This document shows, in pieces, positions 37,873-45,965 of a stretch of DNA of 64,000 bases. How positions within the stretch are numbered: position 1 is the first letter of the stretch; each line of letters starts with the position of its first letter. The DNA is taken from the NCBI GenBank assembly GCA_045577755.1, contig JAZNJA010000055.1, positions 974-64,973 on the forward strand, written 5' to 3'. The stretch is from Eubacteriales bacterium (GTDB lineage: Bacteria > Bacillota > Clostridia > Oscillospirales > CAG-272). The notes under the pieces are model-generated. The model ran no database searches. It was not told where the DNA came from and saw nothing but the letters and a program-made list of their open reading frames with translations. The translations under genes and the position numbers were made by a program.

Positions 37873-39168
37873 TCACTGCTTACTGCCCTGGGTCAACGCG
37901 ACGACGCGGTAGGTTCCTTCGGCCTTTTTTCGTTCCGCCTCCCACAGCGCGGCCTGGTAGTCGTATATCTCCCGTGAAATCTCAGGAGTGCCCGCCGCGA
38001 AGTTGGGAAGAAGCATTTCCCCCGCGGCCTTGGGATCCGTGCAGGCAGTGTCGTTGCGCCAAAGCTCCCGTTCCTCCCGATTGCGGAGGTTGGGGATCGC
38101 CATGGGAACCCCGCCCGCCAGAATGGAGCGGTAGGCAAAAAGCCCCGGCAGGAACATATCCAGAGCCTCGTACACGTCAATGGTGTCGGCGTTCCCATCC
38201 CCCAGAACGCGCTTGATGAAGTAGTACATGGAAAAGAAGTCCGAGCCGCCGTGCCCGAAGCCCTCCACCTCGTCGGCAAGGCCGTGCTCGGGATAACAGG
38301 CGTGGAGAGACCCGGTCTCATAGCCGCCATCGTACTCGTCCTTGTTGACGTACAGCTTACCGACGTAACCGTCCTGCGTATCCTCACGACTGCACTCCAT
38401 GCGCCCCTTGGAGCCATACATGGTATACCAGATGGAGGTCTTGTACAGATCCCCGTGGATAGATTTCACGATCCCGCCGTTCTCCAGCGTCACCATCTCG
38501 ATGCCGAACTGCCCGCTCTTACAGCCTGTCCGAAGGCGGCGGGCGTTCTTTGTGCCCTCAAATCCCACAACCGACACGGGACGAAGCCCTGTGGCGTGGA
38601 GGATGGGCCCCAACGAGTGGGTACAGTAAAAATTGGCGTAGCTGTTGTTGCGCCAATGATCGGGATTTCCGTAGGCGATGGAAGGCCAGATGGGCTCGCA
38701 GTTATGGATATACTCCCCCTCGCCGTACGCAAACTCCCCGATCTCGCCCCGCTGATACAGCTTTTTCATCTCGTAGGAAGCGGGCATATAGCAGTAATTC
38801 TCACCGTAGGCATAGACCAACCCGCTCTCCTCCACCGCCTCCACCAGCGCTACCGCCTCCTTCATATTCTGAACGGGCAGTACCTCGGAGAAAACGTGGA
38901 GTCCACGCTTGAGACAGCGAATGGCGAAGGGTGCGTGCTCGTTGGCATAGTTGGCCAGCACTACGGCATCCATATCATGCTCGATAAAGCGGTCAAAATG
39001 GTCGTAGTAGGTAATATCCAACCCCTTCGCGGCCTCTCTTTGAGCATCCAGGGCCTCGGGGTCCTTGTCGCAGATGGCCACCACCTCGGCATGGTCCGCC
39101 CGCTTGCAATAGTTGATCATGCTGGTGCCGCGGTAAGCACCCAGAACGCCAATGCGCACCTTGTTCAT
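37873..39168 (-). CDS. Gfo/Idh/MocA-family oxidoreductase
   Basis: Start re-set to MNKVRIGVLGAYRG, 8 nt after GAAAGGAAG. Rossmann N-terminus. About 430 aa. Confidence 0.88.
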   Translation of the reverse strand: MNKVRIGVLGAYRGTSMINYCKRADHAEVVAICDKDPEALDAQREAAKGLDITYYDHFDRFIEHDMDAVVLANYANEHAPFAIRCLKRGLHVFSEVLPVQNMKEAVALVEAVEESGLVYAYGENYCYMPASYEMKKLYQRGEIGEFAYGEGEYIHNCEPIWPSIAYGNPDHWRNNSYANFYCTHSLGPILHATGLRPVSVVGFEGTKNARRLRTGCKSGQFGIEMVTLENGGIVKSIHGDLYKTSIWYTMYGSKGRMECSREDTQDGYVGKLYVNKDEYDGGYETGSLHACYPEHGLADEVEGFGHGGSDFFSMYYFIKRVLGDGNADTIDVYEALDMFLPGLFAYRSILAGGVPMAIPNLRNREERELWRNDTACTDPKAAGEMLLPNFAAGTPEISREIYDYQAALWEAERKKAEGTYRVVALTQGSKQ

Positions 39169-39306
39169 GGAGTACACTTCCTTTCATAGCGGACGAGGAT
39201 CGGAGCAGCTCCGGAGCAGCTTCTCCACCGTTTCTATTATACCACAGGGACATCTCACCGTCTGCGTTGAATTTCCACATATTTATGTAATTTGGTCACG
39301 TTCCCG

Positions 39307-39335
39307 TTGACTTCTCTCCCAACATATGATATAAT
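39307..39335 (+). promoter_or_regulatory. candidate promoter of the second AraC gene
   Basis: TTGACT-17 nt-TATAAT, about 30 nt upstream of the 39365 start. Confidence 0.6.
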
Positions 39336-39364
39336 AACAGCAACTCATACAAGGAGGCTGGATC

Positions 39365-40201
39365 ATGTCTGAGCAGAATGTATGTCGTTTTGTCCCGCGA
39401 GAGATCAACGACCACAGTATCCATACCGTCCATTTTGTTTTAGAGACTAAAGAACAGCTCTACACGGGTCTGCGGCTGAAGTCTCTCTATACCGTATATT
39501 TCGTCAGCAAGGGCACGGGCAGGCTGCACACCCGCGGTAACGTTCTGCCCTTGAAGCAGGGAGACGTATTCTTCTCCTTCCCTGCCGAGCCCTTCGCCAT
39601 TGAATCGGTGGATGATTTTCAGTATATGTACATCAGCTTTTTGGGAGCGCGGGGAAATCGAATCATGGACAAGCTGGGGATCTCAGCCATGAACCCGCTG
39701 CATACGGATTGCGAGGAGCTGGAGACGGTCTGGAGCCAGGGACTGAGCAGTCCCTCAGAGCTCTCGGATATCGCCAGCGAGGCAGTCCTTCTCCACACCT
39801 TCGCCTATCTGGGCGGCTGTTTACCCAAGTTCGCCTCTCATACGGAGGGACGGACCGACCTGATCTCCATGATCCAGAAGTATGTGGACGAGCATTTTTC
39901 GGATCCCGATTTCTCCCTGGAGCGATTGGGCAGCGATTTGAGATACAACAAAAAATACCTCTCCACAGTGTTCAAGCGCCACGTAGGGGTAGGGATCGTG
40001 GAATACCTTCACACGGTGCGTATTCAACACGCCTGTACCATGCTGAAGCAAGGCTTCACCAGCGTCAGCGACGTGGCTCTGCGGTGCGGCTATCCCGACG
40101 CCCAGTATTTCTCCAAGGTATTCAAACGGAGAATGACCATGTCGCCGCGGGAGTACATCGCCTCGGTCAAGGCTGAGACCTCCGGAACGGGATCCATATG
40201 A
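39365..40201 (+). CDS. AraC-family transcriptional regulator
   Basis: 278 aa. Cupin-like N-domain and C-terminal HTH pair (...YNKKYLSTVFKRHVG...CGYPDAQYFSKVFKR). Confidence 0.9.
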   Translation: MSEQNVCRFVPREINDHSIHTVHFVLETKEQLYTGLRLKSLYTVYFVSKGTGRLHTRGNVLPLKQGDVFFSFPAEPFAIESVDDFQYMYISFLGARGNRIMDKLGISAMNPLHTDCEELETVWSQGLSSPSELSDIASEAVLLHTFAYLGGCLPKFASHTEGRTDLISMIQKYVDEHFSDPDFSLERLGSDLRYNKKYLSTVFKRHVGVGIVEYLHTVRIQHACTMLKQGFTSVSDVALRCGYPDAQYFSKVFKRRMTMSPREYIASVKAETSGTGSI

Positions 40202-40203
40202 TC

Positions 40204-40239
40204 AAAAGGAACCGAGCCCCACGGGGCTCGGTTCCTTTT
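40204..40239. terminator. bidirectional rho-independent terminator
   Basis: AAAA-GGAACCGAGCCCC ac GGGGCTCGGTTCC-TTTT, a perfect 13-bp stem. Confidence 0.8.
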
Positions 40240-40254
40240 CGCTAAGCGGCGCCC

Positions 40255-41724
40255 TCAATCGGCGTACAGATCACCGTAATAGATGTTATTCTCCTCGGTG
40301 GCTACGGGACGGTAGGCAAAGAGGAAGCGGGCGTTATCATAGCTGACGGGCTCGTCGGTGGGTTGCTTGGACATGATGCGGCTGTCCGAGCCGTGGTCGT
40401 AGCGCAGGGCGGTACCGCCCTCCTCGTCCTCGGCCAGCATGAAGACGTGCTGGGGGCCGCCGTCGGAGGGATGGGGATTGACGAAGATGATGTCACCCGC
40501 CTGCAGGTCCTCGATGCGGGTGATCCGCTCAAAGCCCATCTCGCGGCACCAGCTGTGGAGGTTCGATACCACACAGCCCTGGACGGTGGGCTGATCCGTA
40601 AAGCCCGCGCGGTAGAGGATCCAGTCCACCAGGCGGTCACAGCTGGTTCTGTGGGGCCTGTGGTTGATACCGGGGTTGGTGCAGGAGTCGCCGTACTTGA
40701 AGCGCTCGGCGCGGGCATACTCGGTGATGTACTTGCCCTCGCGGAGGAGGTTGCACTGGAGCAGGGAGTAGGGGGTATAGACGATCTCCCCCTTCTCGTT
40801 GGCTACGCGGTAGCCGAACTCCTTCTTGGAGTCGCACCGACGCTTGGCGTTCTCCAGGGTGGAGAAAGCATCTCCCAGGACGTTATCCTCGGGGAGGTGG
40901 AGCCTGTCCTCGTAGAGGCAGACGTAGAAGCCCTTTGGGACCTCGGGAACCGGAGCTGCCTCGCCCTTATCCTCAGCGATGTAGGCCTCAGCCTCGGCGC
41001 GATCGGCGCAGAAGGCGATCTCGCCGATGAGGAAGGTATCTCCCGCCTCTACGTAGTTGGTGTAGTCCAGGCGGAAGCCGTCATTGAAGCGCGTGGTCCA
41101 GCCGCGGGTATCCTCGTCAGCCTCGAAGACGACGTACTGCCAGACCCGCTCCCCGAAGAACTCGGAGTCGCCGCCGTAGATCTGGGTCATGGAATACGCC
41201 GCCTTGGGGGATCTCCGATCCTCGGTGGCGTAGAACAGCTCAAAGGCACCGCCCCATTCGGCCTGCACCTTGAAGACGATGACCTTCTTTTCCTCGGGGG
41301 TGAAGGGGACGTAGCTCTTACCGTCCTTGGAAGCGGGGTAGCCCGCGGCCTCAAACATTTTGCTGACATCCCATGGGATACCGGGGTCTCTGGACTCGCT
41401 GCGGGCAATGAACCGTACCCCCTCGTCACAGCTCTCGGGATAGGCGCCTGAGCCGCGGCGGAAGGCGGTATCCAGCAGCTCCTCGCTGAGGGCGGTCAGA
41501 TCAATTCGGGTGGGATCGGGAATAAGGTAGGGGGACTCGGTCTCGGGCTCGGTGGGGACCTCGGTGACCTCCTCGGTCGGTGCTTCGGTGGGAGCCTCGG
41601 TCTCCACGGTCTCGGGAGCCGTGCTCCCCTCGTCGGGAGGCGTAGACGGCTCGCCCGTACAGGCGGCGAGCGTCAGCAGGAGGGCGGCGAGCGCGATGGA
41701 TATGAGCAGGTAGGTTTTCCGCAT
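40255..41724 (-). CDS. lipoprotein with T/E/A/P linker, beta-sandwich-like middle region and C-terminal NlpC/P60-like papain-fold domain
   Basis: Start re-set to MRKTYLLISIALAALLLTLAAC after AAAGGATGG. The C-terminus has SCDRLVDWILYRAGF (Cys), LQAGDIIFV and QHVFMLAED (His) in NlpC/P60 order. Confidence 0.8.
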   Translation of the reverse strand: MRKTYLLISIALAALLLTLAACTGEPSTPPDEGSTAPETVETEAPTEAPTEEVTEVPTEPETESPYLIPDPTRIDLTALSEELLDTAFRRGSGAYPESCDEGVRFIARSESRDPGIPWDVSKMFEAAGYPASKDGKSYVPFTPEEKKVIVFKVQAEWGGAFELFYATEDRRSPKAAYSMTQIYGGDSEFFGERVWQYVVFEADEDTRGWTTRFNDGFRLDYTNYVEAGDTFLIGEIAFCADRAEAEAYIAEDKGEAAPVPEVPKGFYVCLYEDRLHLPEDNVLGDAFSTLENAKRRCDSKKEFGYRVANEKGEIVYTPYSLLQCNLLREGKYITEYARAERFKYGDSCTNPGINHRPHRTSCDRLVDWILYRAGFTDQPTVQGCVVSNLHSWCREMGFERITRIEDLQAGDIIFVNPHPSDGGPQHVFMLAEDEEGGTALRYDHGSDSRIMSKQPTDEPVSYDNARFLFAYRPVATEENNIYYGDLYAD

Positions 41725-41847
41725 GGTGATACCATCCTTTCGTGTTTTTGACAAAAGAATTATACCATATCTCCTTCGATGTTGTCAATGCCGCCCATTC
41801 AAATCGTGTATTTTAGTCTGTTTTTTCTGCCTTTTGGTCTCATTCTC

Positions 41848-41876
41848 TTGACAGATGTTTTCAATTGAATTATAAT
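41848..41876 (+). promoter_or_regulatory. consensus promoter of the GH36-like gene
   Basis: TTGACA-17 nt-TATAAT exactly, about 60 nt upstream of the re-set start. Confidence 0.65.
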
Positions 41877-41936
41877 GAACTCGTACGGTCTTCATGCCGT
41901 ACAATACACAACGCTTACGCGGAAAGGAAGTCCTCT

Positions 41937-43838
41937 ATGCATACCGTTCCCAATTTCTCTTTCCAATACAGGAAAAAGCCCTTTAATCTGGCCGACGTCA
42001 CCGTGACCCCCACCGAATACGGCCGCCTCTACGAGTACGCTGACGGCCTGCGTATCGAGCTGCACATTGAGGAATTCACCGCCTACAATGCCATCAAGTG
42101 GACTCTTTGGTTTGAGAACACGGGCGAGCACGACAGCGGACTCATCAGCGACATTCTGGATTGCGACGCGACCTGGTGCTTTGCGGACGCCTCGGGCAAG
42201 ACCCCTCCCCTCTCCCTCTTCAACACCGACGGCTGCGCGGGCTATGAGGCCTACCTGTACTCCGACCGCATCGCCGAGGAGTGCAAGGTCCACGAGACCA
42301 AGCTGGGTCTGGGCGCCTCCCGCTCCTTCCACCCCATGGGCGGCCGCTCCTCCAGCGGTCAGATGCCCTTCTTTGAGTTCTACACCCCCGGCCGCGGTCT
42401 CATGGCCGTCATCGGCTGGTCGGGCCAGTGGCACGCCCGCTTCGCCCACACCCAGGGGGACACTCTGGAGATCAAGAGCGGTCTGGAATACACCGCCTTC
42501 AAGCTCCATCCCGGTGAGCGTATCCGCACCTCCTCCATTCTGCTCATGGAATTTGAGGGCACGCGGATACAGGGCAGTAACAAGCTCCGCCGTCTCATCA
42601 AGAACGAGCTGTGTCCCTTCACCCCCGAGCAGTTCCCCTTCGCCCTGGAGGGCATGGGCATGACCACCGAGCGCCACCTGTACCACCTGAACAAGTACCG
42701 CGAGCACGGCGTCAAGGCCGACTACTACTGGATCGACGCGGGCTGGTACGGCAAGGGCGGTACCCCCGGCGCCGGTGACTGGTACAAGGAGGTGGGCAAC
42801 TGGCAGGTTCGTCCCGACGAGCATCCTGACGGGCTGAAGGACGTGGTCAAGACGGTACACGACATGGGCATGAAGTTCCTGCTCTGGATGGAGCCTGAGC
42901 GGGCCTACCCCGGGACCGACCTGGCGGTACAGCATCCTGACTGGCTCTATCCCCTGGACGGCTTCTACCTCCTCCTCCGCCTGGACAAGGACGAGGTGCG
43001 GGAGTACCTCTTTGACGTGATCTGTCACTTCATCGATGAGCTGGACATCAAGTGCTTCCGTCAGGACTTCAACATGGAGCCTCTCCAATCCTGGCGCATC
43101 ACCGACGAGATGGACCGCGGCGGCATGAACGAGATCAAGTACATCATGAACCTCTACCGCCTGTGGGATGACCTGCGGGCCAAATATCCCGATCTGGTCA
43201 TTGATAACTGTGCCTCGGGCGGCCGCCGCATTGATGCCGAATCCCTGTGCAGAGCCATCCCCATCTGGCGTACCGATGCCTTCTGCGAGGCCAACCTGGA
43301 CGCTGACGCCATCCAGACCCAGATGTTCGGCTACAACCGTCTGGTTCCCTGCTCGGGAGGTGTCTGCAAGCAGCCCGGTGACACCTACGCCACCCGCAGC
43401 TCCTACGCCCCCGCCTACGTGGGCAGCTGGTGGTGGACTGATCGCCCCGACCGCCCTGAGCCCACCGAGGAGGTCTTCGCCTGGATGAAGAGGATGTGCG
43501 ACGAGTACCGCTCTCTGCGTCACTTCTTCTCCTGTGACTTCTACCCCCTGGAGAACGTGGGCTGGAGCTACGCCCACGGTGGCTGGGCCGCCTATCGCTA
43601 CGACAGACCTGAGGAGGGCGACGGCATGATCATGGCCTTCCGCCGTGCCGGCTCGAACTCCATCACAGCCTGCTATCCCCTGGAAGGGCTGGATCCCGAA
43701 GCTGTCTACACGGTAACGGATATCGACACCAAGGAATCGGTGGATATATACGGCAGCACCCTGGTGAGCAAGGGCTTCACCGTAGTGATCCCCGAGCCGT
43801 ATCAGAGCAAGATCCTGCTGTACAAGCGCAAGGCGTAA
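41937..43838 (+). CDS. GH36-family alpha-galactosidase-like hydrolase (cytoplasmic)
   Basis: Start re-set to MHTVPNFSF after GAAAGGAAG. YYWIDAGWY, FRQDFNMEP (KWDMN-like) and DNCASGGRRID (CSSGGGR-like) motifs. Confidence 0.85.
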   Translation: MHTVPNFSFQYRKKPFNLADVTVTPTEYGRLYEYADGLRIELHIEEFTAYNAIKWTLWFENTGEHDSGLISDILDCDATWCFADASGKTPPLSLFNTDGCAGYEAYLYSDRIAEECKVHETKLGLGASRSFHPMGGRSSSGQMPFFEFYTPGRGLMAVIGWSGQWHARFAHTQGDTLEIKSGLEYTAFKLHPGERIRTSSILLMEFEGTRIQGSNKLRRLIKNELCPFTPEQFPFALEGMGMTTERHLYHLNKYREHGVKADYYWIDAGWYGKGGTPGAGDWYKEVGNWQVRPDEHPDGLKDVVKTVHDMGMKFLLWMEPERAYPGTDLAVQHPDWLYPLDGFYLLLRLDKDEVREYLFDVICHFIDELDIKCFRQDFNMEPLQSWRITDEMDRGGMNEIKYIMNLYRLWDDLRAKYPDLVIDNCASGGRRIDAESLCRAIPIWRTDAFCEANLDADAIQTQMFGYNRLVPCSGGVCKQPGDTYATRSSYAPAYVGSWWWTDRPDRPEPTEEVFAWMKRMCDEYRSLRHFFSCDFYPLENVGWSYAHGGWAAYRYDRPEEGDGMIMAFRRAGSNSITACYPLEGLDPEAVYTVTDIDTKESVDIYGSTLVSKGFTVVIPEPYQSKILLYKRKA

Positions 43839-43863
43839 CCTGCCCTGACGGCATCTATACAGA

Positions 43864-43898
43864 AAAGAGCAGATCCCCCGTGGGTCTGCTCTTTTCTT
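43864..43898 (+). terminator. rho-independent terminator after the GH36-like gene
   Basis: AAAAGAGCAGA...TCTGCTCTTTT hairpin running into a T-tract. Confidence 0.65.
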
Positions 43899-44025
43899 AT
43901 GGACGGCCCCCCTGCCGGCGGGATGGGCATCCCCCCGCGCCCAACGTTTACCTCGCTCCACAGGGAAAGTCCCTGTCCCACACGCTTTCGGGAGAGAGGC
44001 CTGTAATCAGACGCCATACGCAGAC

Positions 44026-44062
44026 AAAAAAATAAGGACGAAACACTTCGTTTCATCCTTAT
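44026..44062 (-). terminator. rho-independent terminator closing the G2 operon
   Basis: Minus strand reads ATAAGGATGAAAC gaagt GTTTCGTCCTTAT followed by T7-8, 12 nt after the PqqD stop. Confidence 0.8.
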
Positions 44063-44073
44063 TATACAGAGTA

Positions 44074-44343
44074 TCATTCGTCAAGAAGCTGATTGCTCCG
44101 CAGCATTTCGACGAACTCCTCTGCTTCGGCGCGGGCGGATTCCAAATCCAAGCCGTCGTACTTTTCCATGAGAGCAGTAACCATAGTTTCCATATCCGTT
44201 CCGGCCATCATCAGTTCCCACATGAATCGGGCGGTGGTATTCAGCGTCACCACCACACTGTGGTGATTGGGGACGATCGAGACAGCGATCGATTCACCAG
44301 CCACCTCCGAAACCGCGAATTCATACTTAATTTTCATCATACG
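44074..44343 (-). CDS. PqqD-family peptide-binding protein (RiPP recognition element)
   Basis: Start re-set to MMKIKYEF, 6 nt after AAGGAG, giving 89 aa. PqqD pattern ...VVVTLNTTARFMWELMMAGTDMETMVTALMEKYDGLDLESARAEAEEFVEMLRSNQLL. Confidence 0.85.
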   Translation of the reverse strand, partial: RMMKIKYEFAVSEVAGESIAVSIVPNHHSVVVTLNTTARFMWELMMAGTDMETMVTALMEKYDGLDLESARAEAEEFVEMLRSNQLLDE

Positions 44344-44433
44344 GTGCTCCTTTCGCGCTGTAATCAGCCCGTTAGAGTATTTTTCATATACATCCGTCTC
44401 TGTCACGGTCACACCGCCGTGAAGCGGGCCGTG

Positions 44434-44952
44434 TCAAGGGATGATCACGCCACCGGGGCCGATCTCGATGCCGGGGTGTCTTTCCTCGTAATCAGCCTTG
44501 GCCTGTTCAAACCAAAGAAAAAATCCCTCTATATCAGCAAAGCTGTTGAAGAAATCCAACTGCTCCTGAGACGTCATAGCGGAATATTCCTCATAGGTCG
44601 GGCTTGGGGCGGAAGGCGTATTGTCCTGAGTTTCCTCCCCCTCCGTCTCCCCTGTAACCTCGTCATTCGCCGCCGTATCCTCGGGGGGCGGGACCTGGGA
44701 GTCCTGGGTGACGTCGGGATCCGACATCACGTCGGAGCTTGTCTCTTGGGTCTTTGGCTCGGTTTCGGTTCGGTCCGGGGATACGGGATCCGTCTGCACG
44801 GCAGGATCGGTACTCACGGTCTCGGCGAGGGACACGGCCGGATCCTCCGCAGGCCCACGGCCGCAGGAAACGCAGAGGATGGCAAAAAGCAGTATCGCTC
44901 CGAAGAGGCCGGCGCGTATTGTTCTCTTTTGTTTATCGGTAAAGGTTCTCAT
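44434..44952 (-). CDS. acidic lipoprotein of unknown function
   Basis: MRTFTDKQKRTIRAGLFGAILLFAILCVSCG signal and lipobox, then about 90 aa of D/E/T/P-rich linker and a conserved-looking C-terminal approx 50 aa (YEEYSAMTSQEQLDFFNSF...). The start is uncertain because there is no clear SD. Confidence 0.6.
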   Translation of the reverse strand: MRTFTDKQKRTIRAGLFGAILLFAILCVSCGRGPAEDPAVSLAETVSTDPAVQTDPVSPDRTETEPKTQETSSDVMSDPDVTQDSQVPPPEDTAANDEVTGETEGEETQDNTPSAPSPTYEEYSAMTSQEQLDFFNSFADIEGFFLWFEQAKADYEERHPGIEIGPGGVIIP

Positions 44953-45015
44953 AATTTTCAGATAGACCCGGATCTGTTGCAAAAAACCGATCCGGATCTA
45001 TAGCAAGCTGTTCGC

Positions 45016-45201
45016 TTAGTCGTCATCGGGGAACGTGGGGGGAGTGTTGGTGTTACTACCTAAACCAATCTCACCGTCGATATCAGGGTCCATACCGTTG
45101 TTGAAGTAATCCACATTGTTACCCACAACAGAACTCAGGATGTTCTTATCGCCGTTCTCAACAATGATGCTCATTTTCGCTTTCGTGTACTTCTCCTTCA
45201 C
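45016..45201 (-). CDS. small acidic peptide P2 (61 aa), homologue of P1
   Basis: GTG 10 nt after AAGGAGG. MKEKYTKAKMSIIVENGD leader-like start. Asn/Asp-rich tail with a DPDIDGEIG (DxDxDG) loop and C-terminal FPDDD. 11 acidic against 5 basic residues. Confidence 0.6.
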   Translation of the reverse strand: MKEKYTKAKMSIIVENGDKNILSSVVGNNVDYFNNGMDPDIDGEIGLGSNTNTPPTFPDDD

Positions 45202-45255
45202 AGAATATTCTCCTCCTTTCTTCAGCCTATGGGATCCTCGAAGGGCTCCCATAGG

Positions 45256-45960
45256 TTATTTCATTTTGAGAGCCGCCGTGGTCATGACACGGTTGCTCAA
45301 GAGAACCGCTTCCTCGTCCGCGCGATTCTCCAGCATGAATACGGGTATTTCCCGGCTGAGCTGTAAAACACCCGTCAAAAGCAATTCACGGTTTTTCGGT
45401 ACCCGTAGCTTGTTCAGCGTTTGGGATACGATTGCGGGAATCGCGTCCTCAGGAGACAGCGCGGTGATGCGATTCTCCGTCGCTTGCCTGAGGAAACAGA
45501 TCCCGGCCAGGGGCACCCGCATATTGATGTTGATGCCGTCCTTTCCACACCAGGGAGTACCGTAGGCATACCATGCTCCGTCCACCCGCCGCAAGGCAGG
45601 CTTATCGTCGTTGAACACCTGCACCTCCTCGCCGAAGACGGATCGCCACAGGCGGGTATGGGTGCTTTTTCCCACCCCGCTGGGGCCGGAAAAGAGATAG
45701 GCCTGTCCCTTATAGGCAATGGCCGAGGCATGGAGCATCAGACCACCGTGCGCGAGCAGACGGATATAGAAGCGCGACCCCGATTCCATGTAGCAGCACA
45801 GCTCATGGGAAACGTTTTTCCAAAGCTCCGGACGGTAATCCTCTTCGCGGATCACGATGTCGGGAACGCGGTCGCTTTCGTATCGGTATGCCCCGATGCG
45901 GGGGGCTAAGCCCCCCGTTTCGGGCACTTCCACAAGTAGGTCAGCGATTTTGCAGAGCAT
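45256..45960 (-). CDS. HPr kinase C-terminal-domain-like P-loop protein (K2)
   Basis: 234 aa. GLMLHASAIAYKGQAYLFSGPSGVGKST Walker A in an HprK-like context. Its ATG lies 5 nt after the G2 stop (TAAattccATG). Confidence 0.8.
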   Translation of the reverse strand: MLCKIADLLVEVPETGGLAPRIGAYRYESDRVPDIVIREEDYRPELWKNVSHELCCYMESGSRFYIRLLAHGGLMLHASAIAYKGQAYLFSGPSGVGKSTHTRLWRSVFGEEVQVFNDDKPALRRVDGAWYAYGTPWCGKDGININMRVPLAGICFLRQATENRITALSPEDAIPAIVSQTLNKLRVPKNRELLLTGVLQLSREIPVFMLENRADEEAVLLSNRVMTTAALKMK

Positions 45961-45965
45961 GGAAT

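Noticed and set aside
19174-45960. Calling the K/P/PqqD genes a lasso-peptide biosynthetic gene cluster
   Set aside because: No asparagine-synthetase-like lasso cyclase and no transglutaminase-like B2 leader protease is encoded anywhere in the 64 kb. The putative cores are two to three times longer than lasso cores and lack an obvious ring-forming Gly/Ala...Asp/Glu arrangement. Only the accessory parts (leader-like peptide, RRE, kinase-like protein) are present.
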